Part shown: positions 18,890-28,434 of the stretch, one piece after another
Numbering within the stretch: the stretch's first letter is position 1
Layout: every line of letters begins with the position of its first letter
NCBI GenBank assembly: GCA_044356295.1
Contig: JBIKWN010000010.1
Location: 1 to 59,750, forward strand
From: Bdellovibrionota bacterium
GTDB lineage: Bacteria > Bdellovibrionota_C > UBA2361 > JBIKWN01
Length of the DNA stretch: 59,750 bases
Reading direction: 5' to 3'
Made by a program: the position numbers and the translations under genes
The notes under the pieces: generated by a model
Database searches by the model: none
Seen by the model: the letters and a program-made list of their open reading frames with translations, nothing else
Told to the model about the DNA's origin: nothing

Positions 18890-20512
18890 CTAAGTGTTGC
18901 ATGAAAAAACCTTCAAGACGAGTAGGTGTTGCTTCTCTTTTACGACGGCTCGTGATGAGCGGTGGATTGTATCAAAACATTGATCGCCACGGAGTTTATT
19001 CTGAAATTCATCTAGGTTTCGTTCGTATAATAATACGATACCACTATCAACGTTTTTTTCTTTATCCGTACTAACTGAAAAGAAAGGCTTTTGTAAATAA
19101 AAACTAACACCATAAAATTCATCTTGAAATGAGTACAGTTTTTTCTCTTGAATAACTATCTGCCTGATTTCATCACTCACTGAACGATACGAAATTGAAT
19201 TCGCATATGCAGGGGCAAAAATTCCTTGAATTGGAATAAGAAGGGCTATCCAATAGTAACTTGTTATAATGAGTGGGTTAGTAGGATTTTTTATTTTTTG
19301 GGCGAAAATAAGAATACTCAGCGATGCTAGGATTGAGAAACAAAGAGATACATAGTGATCTTCTCTAAATTCGAAGAGCATTTGAATAATTTCATGGGAA
19401 CGCTCTATTGGGAAGAAGGCGAGAAATAAAATCGCAGAACAAATAAGAAGCCCAACAGAAAGAACACGTATCGTTGATGAAAAATACCGAATAAATTTCT
19501 TTGAGCTGACAAGGAGCATCGATGCGACAAAATAAGAAGCAGGTGCAAAAGCAGGTAATAGATAGGTATCTCTTTTACTTGATGGTATCGAGAAAAATAC
19601 AATAAAAACTATTAACCAAAGAAAAAAGTAGCTTCTTAGTGACCGATCTTTAACAAATGTAAATATTTTACTAAATGAAAATTTGGTTAAAAGACTCGAG
19701 CAAGGAATAATCCATGGAAGAAGTCCAAGAAGCAGCGTACCTAAAAGATAGAACACTGAATGTTTATGAGGCTCATCTTCCATAGAAGATGTGAGTCGTG
19801 CAATATTTTCATAATAGACTTTATCCAAAAAAAGTTGCCCAAATTCAATGTAACAAGCCCCGTACCAGAGAAGTGATAACATCATTGCTGGAAGGGCAAG
19901 CTGTAGGCAGTACCAAAATGCGTGATGAATTTTATACCGATTAATAAGAAGAAATAATCCAAAGACCATACATGGTAGTGCAATACCAACTGGACCTTTC
20001 GTCAAAGCAGCTGCAACAAGCGAAAAAAGAGCGAGCCATGGATAGCCAACTAATTTTCTTTCCCACCATTTATACATCTCAATAAGTGCAAATAGAATTG
20101 CAACACTAAGGATAAGGTCAACTCGGGTCGACGTTCCATTTCTGAACCATTGAACGTTTGTCGCAAAAATAGCAGTAGTAAGGAATGCCTCTTGAGCAGG
20201 TATTCGTAAACTTAAAAAATAAAAAAATACACACGCCCCAAGCAGTGCTAACATTGCAGATGGTAATCGAGCAGTGAACTCATCAAGTGAGCCCGTTACA
20301 AAACTTGCGCCATTAATCATCCAATGGAGTAGTGGCGGCTTCGAAGGCACAGCCCCATTATAAGCTTCTGGAAGGATGTAATTTCCCGTAAGCTGCATTG
20401 ATTGAGCAACGAGAGCTTCTCTGGCTTCACCTCGGGAATAAAACTCTTTGACCCCTAAAAAGGGGATAAAAAGCAGAAAGAGTGCTATAAATAAGGTTTT
20501 ATTTGAGTTCAC
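18890..20512 (-). CDS. ArnT-family (GT-C) glycosyltransferase
   Basis: GEAREA, SKPPLLHW, ARLPSA, LTKGPVG, SKRDTYLLPAF. Confidence 0.88.
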   Translation of the reverse strand: MNSNKTLFIALFLLFIPFLGVKEFYSRGEAREALVAQSMQLTGNYILPEAYNGAVPSKPPLLHWMINGASFVTGSLDEFTARLPSAMLALLGACVFFYFLSLRIPAQEAFLTTAIFATNVQWFRNGTSTRVDLILSVAILFALIEMYKWWERKLVGYPWLALFSLVAAALTKGPVGIALPCMVFGLFLLINRYKIHHAFWYCLQLALPAMMLSLLWYGACYIEFGQLFLDKVYYENIARLTSSMEDEPHKHSVFYLLGTLLLGLLPWIIPCSSLLTKFSFSKIFTFVKDRSLRSYFFLWLIVFIVFFSIPSSKRDTYLLPAFAPASYFVASMLLVSSKKFIRYFSSTIRVLSVGLLICSAILFLAFFPIERSHEIIQMLFEFREDHYVSLCFSILASLSILIFAQKIKNPTNPLIITSYYWIALLIPIQGIFAPAYANSISYRSVSDEIRQIVIQEKKLYSFQDEFYGVSFYLQKPFFSVSTDKEKNVDSGIVLLYERNLDEFQNKLRGDQCFDTIHRSSRAVVKEKQHLLVLKVFSCNT

Positions 20513-20567
20513 CTATCTCAGGCTAGCAAAGTTTGAGTCATACGGAAAATATTGGTATTTTTCACCC

Positions 20568-21425
20568 ATGAATAGAATCGTTTTGGCACTAATTACCTTA
20601 GCACTTTTTATTACGAATAATGCTTTTGCATGCCCAGGAAAGAACGGAATTTTAGATTACAATTGCGACGGAGTCGTAAAAATATTTTTTATTGGTGATA
20701 GCTTTGTGTTTGGATTTGGGGATACCGTCAATGACAATAAAGGCGGTTACGTAAAAAGATTAAAGAAATCTCTCTCAAAAGTTACTGTTGAAAGTTACGG
20801 GGTTCAAGGTCTGCGTGCAGTTAAACTTTTGCCAATAGTATTAGATACATTCAAAGTAAAAGATCCTTATCCAGCTTTTAGAAAATCACTGAATGAAGCT
20901 GATGCTATAATTCTGGATGTGGGTAGAAATGATAGATGGCTCATGGGTGAACCATCAGCCACATATAATATTCTTAACAGAATAACTAAACAGATTGCCA
21001 GAGGAGTCTTAAAAGATACTGGCTATGAGCCAATGGTAATTAAGGCCGTTCTAATGCTTCCTAATAGAGGTTCTCAAGGTCCTTGGGTAAAACTACTCAA
21101 TGAAATCATTCTTGCTAAAAGCACGAATCGATTCCCTTCTGACCTTCGATTTGATTTAGTTTCAAAAAGACTTATTGGCAAGGATCAAATCCATCCAACA
21201 CCGCTTGGCTATACAACGATTGCAAAAGCATTTAGATCCTACATACCTGACCTAACAAAGCACTTTAAAGCTCGTCGTCCTGATACAGATCTTGATGGTA
21301 TTTCGGATCTGCTCGAGACTAAAAAATTTCTTACCGATCCCAATATTAGTGATACCGACAGTGATGGTAAATCAGATACTGATGAAATATTTACGACGCT
21401 TACAAATCCACTTGTGGCTGACTAA
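20568..21425 (+). CDS. Secreted SGNH/GDSL hydrolase with C-terminal DxDxDG repeats
   Basis: Start corrected to MNRIVL (20568); IGDSF, GRND, DQIHP; tail DTDLDGISD...DTDSDGKSD. Confidence 0.82.
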   Translation: MNRIVLALITLALFITNNAFACPGKNGILDYNCDGVVKIFFIGDSFVFGFGDTVNDNKGGYVKRLKKSLSKVTVESYGVQGLRAVKLLPIVLDTFKVKDPYPAFRKSLNEADAIILDVGRNDRWLMGEPSATYNILNRITKQIARGVLKDTGYEPMVIKAVLMLPNRGSQGPWVKLLNEIILAKSTNRFPSDLRFDLVSKRLIGKDQIHPTPLGYTTIAKAFRSYIPDLTKHFKARRPDTDLDGISDLLETKKFLTDPNISDTDSDGKSDTDEIFTTLTNPLVAD

Positions 21426-22231
21426 TAAGAAGTAAGTCCAAAAATCCATCCTTCTTTTTTAACTACGGATTTTGACGGCGGTATTAAAAGTATCTGGCTA
21501 TTTTCAAATGCAGCAAACAGTGCAAGAACAAAACTATCCATTGAATCAACTGAAAAAAAGCTACTATAACCACCAAAGTCAATTGATATCCCTCTAGATT
21601 TTGCAAATTTTAATAACCCTTTTTCATCCCCTCGAGGGGATTTAATAAATGTTTTCCACAAAAACGAAGGATACCCTTCTGCAATAAATGCTTTGGAGGC
21701 TTCCTGATTTTCGAATGGCCAGATAGTGTACCAATTTTGATCAACATCAAGGTCCTTCCAAACTCGAAACGTTCCGCATCCGATATTTTTTTGAAATGGT
21801 TTTAGTTTGAAAATTGAATTTGCTTTTGTCAGTCGCTCTGCATGACGCGTTGGAAGCAACTGATCATCACGAGCATTCAAAACAACTTCATTAAAAAATC
21901 GGTGTGCAACTGAAGCTCCATACTTCTTTCCTTCAAATTGATAGGCATTAGCTTTTTTGAACAGCTTCCTAAGAGGCATATTGATAGTATTTTCTGCCGG
22001 AATTCCCAATACCGAATCAACAAGAATAAAACTATCGATTAATCTCTCATAAGGTACTATTTCTAAGAAAGCATCAGGATACAGTCCTGATAAAAAAATA
22101 TTAGTACGTGCCCTCTTTTTACCTTTGTATAAATCAACAATGGTACAGGGAAGTTTCTTTACAGACCCATTCTGAAGGACTGCCCCTGTTTGATCGATCC
22201 CTATGAAACTTTTAAACCGAGAAGATTTCAC
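21422..22231 (-). CDS. DUF429-like protein (predicted RNase H-fold nuclease)
   Basis: FIGIDQTG, VDSVLG.P, AEGYPS, DSMDSFVLA pattern. Confidence 0.55.
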   Translation of the reverse strand: MKSSRFKSFIGIDQTGAVLQNGSVKKLPCTIVDLYKGKKRARTNIFLSGLYPDAFLEIVPYERLIDSFILVDSVLGIPAENTINMPLRKLFKKANAYQFEGKKYGASVAHRFFNEVVLNARDDQLLPTRHAERLTKANSIFKLKPFQKNIGCGTFRVWKDLDVDQNWYTIWPFENQEASKAFIAEGYPSFLWKTFIKSPRGDEKGLLKFAKSRGISIDFGGYSSFFSVDSMDSFVLALFAAFENSQILLIPPSKSVVKKEGWIFGLTSY

Positions 22232-23597
22232 TCGTTACATTCTCAAGTTTTGCTTCAATTTTTTTAATACTATCCTGAAGCCGAATAGAATCGGCTTTTG
22301 ATTGCTTCATTTGAAAAGAAACTTCATATGAGATTGCATTGTATTCAGCTTCATATCCAAGATGAGAAATCTTATGCTCCGAGACTTCTTTTGCAGTCTG
22401 AGCATAAGCATCGCGGAATGGAATTCCTTTGTTAACTTTTTGATACGCTGCGTAAGTAGCATACATATCCGGATTATCAATTCTTGACTGGTTAAGTTTT
22501 TCTTCATTGAATGAAATTGCAGGAATCAGAATTTCAGACATACCTAGTATAAACTTCATGTTCTCAATTCCATCAAAAAGAGGCTGTTTAGTTAACGCTA
22601 AATCTCTATGATAGTGCGAAGGTAACTTACTGGTAACGGCTTGGATTTGATTTACAAACGATCGTTGTAATGCAGACCGACCTCTAAGGAGTTCAACAAT
22701 ATCTGGATTTTTCTTTTGAGGCATTATTGATGATCCTGTTGTCATCGAATCATCAAGTGATATGAAACTAAATTCTTTCGTAAAAAATAACTCCATATCC
22801 CAAGCAAATTTTTCAAACAACGAACCTATTGAACAAAGCCAAAAAAGGAATCGCTCTTCATATCTACCGCGACTATTTTGAATATCTATAAAACTTCTTT
22901 GAATACCATCAAATCCAAGAACTCTTGCACTAAACTCACGGTCAAGTGGAAGCGATGAACCAAAACCTGCAGCAGCCCCTAGAGGATTTTTATTAATCGA
23001 ACTATATAAGTGCACCCCTTCTTCAATGCATTCCAACATCCAATCGTAAAAAGCATGAAGATACATTCCAACTGAGGAAGGCATTGCTGGTTGTAAATGA
23101 GTGTATCCGGGAAGAAAAGTTTCTGAATTTTTTTCGTATGAAAGAGAGATGAGATCTGAGATCGTTATCAGTTGTGCAAGTATTTCTGAAATCTGTTCTC
23201 GTAAGAAAAGTCTGGTGGTAAGGATAATCTGGTCGTTTCTAGACCGCCCCGTGTGAATTTTTTTCCCGATATCCCCTATTTTTTCAACAAGTTTTGACTC
23301 AAGAAGTGTATGGCAATCTTCTAACTGATAAGGAATCGTTATGCCTCCTTTCAAAGCTTCACTGTAGATTTCACGTAATGCATTTAAAACTGAAGTTAAC
23401 TCATGAGTATCGATAATAGAGGCATGATGCAAAACTTTTGCTTGAGCAGCCGAACCAATACAGTCATAAATAAAAAGTTGCCCATCGTAGACTGGATCAC
23501 TGCCTACTGTTAATTGCTGCATGCGATCGCTGATAGCAGATCCCTTATCCCAAAGTGGTTTTAATGTTGGTTTATTTGTATTTTTATTGGGGCTCAT
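22212..23597 (-). CDS. argH: Argininosuccinate lyase
   Basis: IHTGRSRNDQ, PGYTHLQPA, TGSSIMPQKKNPD. Confidence 0.97.
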   Translation of the reverse strand: MSPNKNTNKPTLKPLWDKGSAISDRMQQLTVGSDPVYDGQLFIYDCIGSAAQAKVLHHASIIDTHELTSVLNALREIYSEALKGGITIPYQLEDCHTLLESKLVEKIGDIGKKIHTGRSRNDQIILTTRLFLREQISEILAQLITISDLISLSYEKNSETFLPGYTHLQPAMPSSVGMYLHAFYDWMLECIEEGVHLYSSINKNPLGAAAGFGSSLPLDREFSARVLGFDGIQRSFIDIQNSRGRYEERFLFWLCSIGSLFEKFAWDMELFFTKEFSFISLDDSMTTGSSIMPQKKNPDIVELLRGRSALQRSFVNQIQAVTSKLPSHYHRDLALTKQPLFDGIENMKFILGMSEILIPAISFNEEKLNQSRIDNPDMYATYAAYQKVNKGIPFRDAYAQTAKEVSEHKISHLGYEAEYNAISYEVSFQMKQSKADSIRLQDSIKKIEAKLENVTSEIFSV

Positions 23598-23635
23598 ATT
23601 GCATAATTATTCAATATCTAGCATAATTATGCAAA
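23598..23635. promoter_or_regulatory. Tandem ARG boxes (ArgR operator) between divergent argH and argR
   Basis: ATTGCATAATTATTCAAT (23598-23615) and CTAGCATAATTATGCAAA (23618-23635) match the TGMAT-N4-ATKCA consensus (one mismatch in box 2), 2 bp apart. Confidence 0.88.
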
Positions 23636-23647
23636 CGGAGCCCCCTC

Positions 23648-24085
23648 TTGTCTCAACTTACACCTATAGATAACAAATCCTCTCGCCATGCGACCATCAG
23701 AAAACTCCTCGATGCGTTTGATTTTACGTGCCAAGAAGACGTTGTTACGCGAATGATTAGAGAGGGCTTTGATGTCAATCAATCTTCCATTAGCCGTGAC
23801 TTTAAAGAGCTAGGTGTAACAAAACTTGCTGGAGTCTACCGAATAATCCAAATTGGAACCTTTCAATCCCCGATAAAAATCCTCATCAGAGAGATTGATA
23901 CAGCTGGAAATAATTTACTTGTTGTTAAAACCTCCTCTGGTGGTGCATCAGCTGTAGCAGAAGCTATTGATCTTGAATCGATAGAGGGTGTCGTCGGAAC
24001 TGTTGCTGGTGATAATACAATTTTTGTAGCTACAAAAGATAAATCATCTCAAACTCGTGTCATCAAAAAAATTAAACAGCTATAA
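23648..24085 (+). CDS. argR: Arginine repressor
   Basis: QSSISRDFKELG HTH; GTVAGDNTIFV arginine-binding motif. Confidence 0.95.
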   Translation: MSQLTPIDNKSSRHATIRKLLDAFDFTCQEDVVTRMIREGFDVNQSSISRDFKELGVTKLAGVYRIIQIGTFQSPIKILIREIDTAGNNLLVVKTSSGGASAVAEAIDLESIEGVVGTVAGDNTIFVATKDKSSQTRVIKKIKQL

Positions 24086-24101
24086 CCAACCTACCAAACA
24101 T

Positions 24102-25181
24102 ATGATACGAATCACTGCAGATAAAATTGGATCCTCAACGAAAAACGTTCCGCTTCGTTTCGATATTCGTTTAAGCTCTGATATTACCGCAAAGGAAGGA
24201 TATCTAGTTGCAGGAAGAATTCACGGTGACAAGTCAAAGTACAACACTCTCGAAAATACCGATGGTAGAATGGTTGCATTAAATGACGGCGATATTGTCA
24301 TTGGAGCTCTTGGTCACCGCAACGCACTTCAAGGTTATTCAGGTTTTGTTCCTGAAGTTATTAACGTTGGGGATATTCTAAACGTTCTTAATTTAGGTGG
24401 CGTGATTGGTAAATGTACTTCGAGTAATCCTGATGTAGGTGCTCCATTTGATTTTGAAGTACTTGGAGCAGTGCTGATTTTTCCAGATTTCGAAAGCCGA
24501 ACTGGATTACCAGCGCATGTTTCAATGAATTCACTCCCCGTGGTAACCGATCAACAGATTCAACACGATGGACTAGCTCCAATTATATTTATTGCTGGAA
24601 CCTGCATGAATGCCGGAAAAACACTTGCGGCTTGCCAAATTATACGAGAATTAAATAAAAAATCAGTTTCAATTGCTGCTGCTAAACTAACGGGCGTTTC
24701 GCTTTTAAGAGATACTCTTAACATGGTAGATCATGGTGCCAAATGGAGCGCATCTTTTGTCGATGCAGGAATTGTTACCACAGGACCTGAAACAGCTCTT
24801 CCTTCTGCACAATCAGTACTTCATCACCTAAGCACCAAACAACCTGATGTCATTGTCGCCGAACTGGGGGATGGGATCCTAGGAATGTATGGGGTTCAAA
24901 ATATCTTGGCAAATCAAAATATTAAAAATCGAATAGTAGCATTTATCCTCTGCGCAAACGATCCCGTTGGTGCTTGGGGAAGCGAAAAATTCCTAAAAGA
25001 CACTTTTGGGATTACTATTGATATTATTACTGGCCCGACAACAGATAATGATGTGGGCAGTAAGTTTATTGAAGAAACTCTAAGTATTAAGGCAATTAAT
25101 GCACGTACGAAAGGAAAAGAACTTGCTTGTTCAATCCTTACAATTCTTCAAGAAAAAGGATTATTAACAGATATTCAATAA
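24102..25181 (+). CDS. DUF1611-like (DgcN-related) P-loop protein inside the arg operon
   Basis: Start corrected to MIRIT (24102); AGTCMNAGKT P-loop, AAKLTGVS, SFVDAG, VAELGDGILG. Confidence 0.72.
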   Translation: MIRITADKIGSSTKNVPLRFDIRLSSDITAKEGYLVAGRIHGDKSKYNTLENTDGRMVALNDGDIVIGALGHRNALQGYSGFVPEVINVGDILNVLNLGGVIGKCTSSNPDVGAPFDFEVLGAVLIFPDFESRTGLPAHVSMNSLPVVTDQQIQHDGLAPIIFIAGTCMNAGKTLAACQIIRELNKKSVSIAAAKLTGVSLLRDTLNMVDHGAKWSASFVDAGIVTTGPETALPSAQSVLHHLSTKQPDVIVAELGDGILGMYGVQNILANQNIKNRIVAFILCANDPVGAWGSEKFLKDTFGITIDIITGPTTDNDVGSKFIEETLSIKAINARTKGKELACSILTILQEKGLLTDIQ

Positions 25182-25182
25182 A

Positions 25183-26274
25183 ATGCATCCTATGACTCAA
25201 TGTGAAAAAATTAATGTTGCTGTACTGGGTGCTACTGGTTTCGGAGGTGGAGAACTCCTGCGCCTGCTTTCGATGCATCCTCAAGTTTCAGTTTTTTCGG
25301 TTCAATCACGAAGCAACACTGGAAAGACAATTTGCGATCTGCATCCGCATCTACGATCTATTTATAATCTAAAATTTTGCGAAAAAATTCCAGCTGATTT
25401 TGGATCTCTTTCCCAACAAGTAATCTTCTCCAGTCTTCCGCACGGTGAAAGCAGTAAAGTTATTGACGAAGTTCAAAAACAGTTCCCACGTGCGCTCATC
25501 ATCGATCTCAGTGGAGACCTTAGACTAAAAGAAATTGAATCACATCAAAAATTCTATCCTCATTCACCGATTTTTTCAGAACTAAGAAGTAATACATCAT
25601 ACGGTTTATCTGAAATTTTTAGATCAGAGATAACAAAAAGTAGAGTTATTGCTAATCCTGGTTGCCTGGCAACCGCTGCAACTCTTTCACTACTACCTTT
25701 TACTTCCAGTAATTCTAATGATATTCCACCGATTTCAAATATTTCTCTACATCTTGCTACAGGGTCTTCAGGATCTGGAAAAGAACCTAAACCCAACACT
25801 CATCACCCTGTTCGTCACGCGAACTTTTATGCTTACAAACCATTAGAGCATCAACATATACCTGAAATTATTGAATCTCTCTCTCACACTCAACACCAAA
25901 ATAGCGCTGCAATTAAGAACCTCAGTTTTGTCCCTCATAGTCTGCCTGTTAGTAGGGGAATTCTCTGTTCTACGTTTATCGATCTAACTAATGCAACAAA
26001 ACCACAAGACGTCAGGTCGCTTTTTGAGACACAATTTAAAAATGATCCATTTATAAGAGTTCTACCCGAACATACTGCAGCAGAACTTGAAAATGTAGTT
26101 GGATCTAACTTTGCTGATATCTCAATTTTTTCAAAAGAAGACAAAGTCATAATTCACGTTGCCATAGATAACCTCATCAAAGGTATGGCAGGACAAGCGA
26201 TTCAGAATATGAATATAGCCCTAGGATTACCTGAAACAACTGGTTTATTTTTTGGAGGACTTCGTCCAATTTAA
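25183..26274 (+). CDS. argC: N-acyl-gamma-glutamyl-phosphate reductase
   Basis: GATGFGG, IANPGCLAT, SRGIL, DNLIKGMAGQAIQNMN. Confidence 0.96.
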   Translation: MHPMTQCEKINVAVLGATGFGGGELLRLLSMHPQVSVFSVQSRSNTGKTICDLHPHLRSIYNLKFCEKIPADFGSLSQQVIFSSLPHGESSKVIDEVQKQFPRALIIDLSGDLRLKEIESHQKFYPHSPIFSELRSNTSYGLSEIFRSEITKSRVIANPGCLATAATLSLLPFTSSNSNDIPPISNISLHLATGSSGSGKEPKPNTHHPVRHANFYAYKPLEHQHIPEIIESLSHTQHQNSAAIKNLSFVPHSLPVSRGILCSTFIDLTNATKPQDVRSLFETQFKNDPFIRVLPEHTAAELENVVGSNFADISIFSKEDKVIIHVAIDNLIKGMAGQAIQNMNIALGLPETTGLFFGGLRPI

Positions 26275-26277
26275 AGT

Positions 26278-27417
26278 ATGATAGACGCATCACCACTCCT
26301 TGATACCTATGAACAACTTCCGTTCCCACTTGTACGTGGGGAAGGGGTTTATGTTTACGCTGAAGATGGGTCAAAATATCTTGATCTGTATGGTGGACAC
26401 GCCGTCTCACTTCTTGGGCACTGCCCGAAAGCAATTATTGATGCCATAGAAAAACAGAGTCGAACTTTTTTCTTTTATTCAAATATTGCACGTATTCCGA
26501 TACGTGAACATGCTGCTGAAGCTCTAAAGAAAATTGTTTGGAAACGTTTCCATCATTTCTTTTTTTGTAATTCTGGTGCTGAAGCAAACGAAAATGCCCT
26601 CAAACTCTCTATCCGATTAACAGGAAGAGATAAACTTATCTCTTTTAAAGGAGCTTTCCATGGACGCTCCCTCCTTTGTACAGCTGTTACTGAAGGAACA
26701 AAATCGCACGCTGAGTTAAAAGGCTGGTGTGGTGATCGTGTTACTTTCCTAACACCAAACGATTACAATGACCTTGAAAAAATTACAGATGCTTATGCCG
26801 CTGTTATCTTAGAACCGATCCAAAGCATAGGAGGCGTAACTTCATTCGAGAATAAATTTCTAGAAGCGCTCCGAGCGCAATGTACAAAAGTTGGAGCACA
26901 TTTGATTTTTGATGAAGTTCAAACAGGTTTTGGTAGAACGGGACTACCTTTTGTTTCTGGATATTCTGGAATTGAACCAGACATGTTTACTACTGCAAAA
27001 GGAATCGCAAGCGGATACCCAATTGGTGCTCTTTTTGTTCATGATCATATCGCGTCAAAGGTAAAAATGGGTGACCTTGGATCTACATACGGAGCTGCCC
27101 CAGTTGCAATGGCTGCTATAGAGGCAACTGTTCATGAACTCACTTCTCGTCACTTATTTAAACACGTTCAAAAACTAAATGAATGCTGGCAAAGTCTTTC
27201 TTCAATCCCAGGCGTAGAAGAGATCAGAGGCCGCGGTTGTTTAATTGGAATCAAAACAAAGATTCCTGCTAAAGAGCTCCTGAAGCAGTTTCTTTCAAAA
27301 GGAATTATCACTGGAACATGCAAAGATCCTAATGTACTAAGACTATTACCCCCAATTATCCTCCAGAAAGAACACATTGAAGAGTTTGGCTTACACCTCA
27401 AAAGTTTTTTAAATTAA
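26278..27417 (+). CDS. argD: Acetyl/succinyl-ornithine aminotransferase (class III)
   Basis: NSGAEANE, FHGRS, DEVQTGFGRTG, TAKGIASG.PIG; operon context. Confidence 0.93.
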   Translation: MIDASPLLDTYEQLPFPLVRGEGVYVYAEDGSKYLDLYGGHAVSLLGHCPKAIIDAIEKQSRTFFFYSNIARIPIREHAAEALKKIVWKRFHHFFFCNSGAEANENALKLSIRLTGRDKLISFKGAFHGRSLLCTAVTEGTKSHAELKGWCGDRVTFLTPNDYNDLEKITDAYAAVILEPIQSIGGVTSFENKFLEALRAQCTKVGAHLIFDEVQTGFGRTGLPFVSGYSGIEPDMFTTAKGIASGYPIGALFVHDHIASKVKMGDLGSTYGAAPVAMAAIEATVHELTSRHLFKHVQKLNECWQSLSSIPGVEEIRGRGCLIGIKTKIPAKELLKQFLSKGIITGTCKDPNVLRLLPPIILQKEHIEEFGLHLKSFLN

Positions 27418-27428
27418 ACTAGAAAATT

Positions 27429-28421
27429 ATGAAAAGTTTTATTTCATTTCTTAATCATTCACCAGAAATAATTTTGAACCTCGTAAATCGCGGCATATCG
27501 ATTAAATCTGGCAAAGTTATTCCATCGAGTATTAGTGGGAAAACACTCGGTATGCTTTTCTTTAATCCATCTCTTCGAACCCGTGTATCTTTTGAAATGG
27601 CGATGCATCGCTTTGGAGGAAAAGCAATTTCTCTTGCAGCTGGTGGGGATCTTTGGAATCTTGAATTCCAGGAAGGCTCAGTCATGGATGGATCAACCAC
27701 TGAACATGTTAAAGAAGGAGCAAGAGTATTGAGTCGATACGTTGACGCAATAAGTGTCAGAAGCTTTGGATCGTTAAAATCGCTTGAAGAAGATCTTCAG
27801 GACTCAATTATTAGAAGTTTCGAGAAATACTCCACTGTCCCACTTATCAGTATGGAGTCCGCCGTCGAGCACCCTGCTCAAGCACTCGCTGATATGATGA
27901 CAATCCGAGAAAGACATGGTCATGAAAAAGTTAAGTTTGTACTTACGTGGGCTCCTCACGTAAAACCACTACCAATGGCTGTCGGTCACTCGGCACTCCT
28001 TGCAGCAGCTCATTTAGGACTTGATATTACGATAGCTCATCCAAAAGGTTTCGATCTTGCACCGCATTATGTACGACAAGCTTCTCAGATTGCTCAATCA
28101 CTAGGGGGTTCAGTCGAAGTTAACTTTGAACAACAACAAGCACTGAAAGGTGCGACAATAGTCTATGCAAAGAACTGGGCGCCGGTATCAATGTACGGAA
28201 AACCACAAGGAATTATTAAACTTGCTCAAGATTTCAAGCAGTGGATGGTTACTGAAAAATCTTTAGCTGATACAAAAACATTCCTTCACTGCTTACCGGT
28301 GCGAAGAAATCTAGAAATTGCTGATTCTGCTCTTGATTGTCCAGCTTCTGCAATTATCGACCAAGCAGAAAACAGAATGTGGGCTCAAGCAGCTCTTCTT
28401 GAAAAAATATTTGAACAATAA
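27429..28421 (+). CDS. argF: N-acyl-ornithine carbamoyltransferase (ArgF', Xanthomonas/Bacteroides type)
   Basis: NPSLRT, MDGSTTEH, TWAPHVKPLP, HCLPVRRN are hallmarks of AOTCase/SOTCase rather than classical OTCase. Confidence 0.92.
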   Translation: MKSFISFLNHSPEIILNLVNRGISIKSGKVIPSSISGKTLGMLFFNPSLRTRVSFEMAMHRFGGKAISLAAGGDLWNLEFQEGSVMDGSTTEHVKEGARVLSRYVDAISVRSFGSLKSLEEDLQDSIIRSFEKYSTVPLISMESAVEHPAQALADMMTIRERHGHEKVKFVLTWAPHVKPLPMAVGHSALLAAAHLGLDITIAHPKGFDLAPHYVRQASQIAQSLGGSVEVNFEQQQALKGATIVYAKNWAPVSMYGKPQGIIKLAQDFKQWMVTEKSLADTKTFLHCLPVRRNLEIADSALDCPASAIIDQAENRMWAQAALLEKIFEQ

Positions 28422-28434
28422 AGGATACAGTCAG

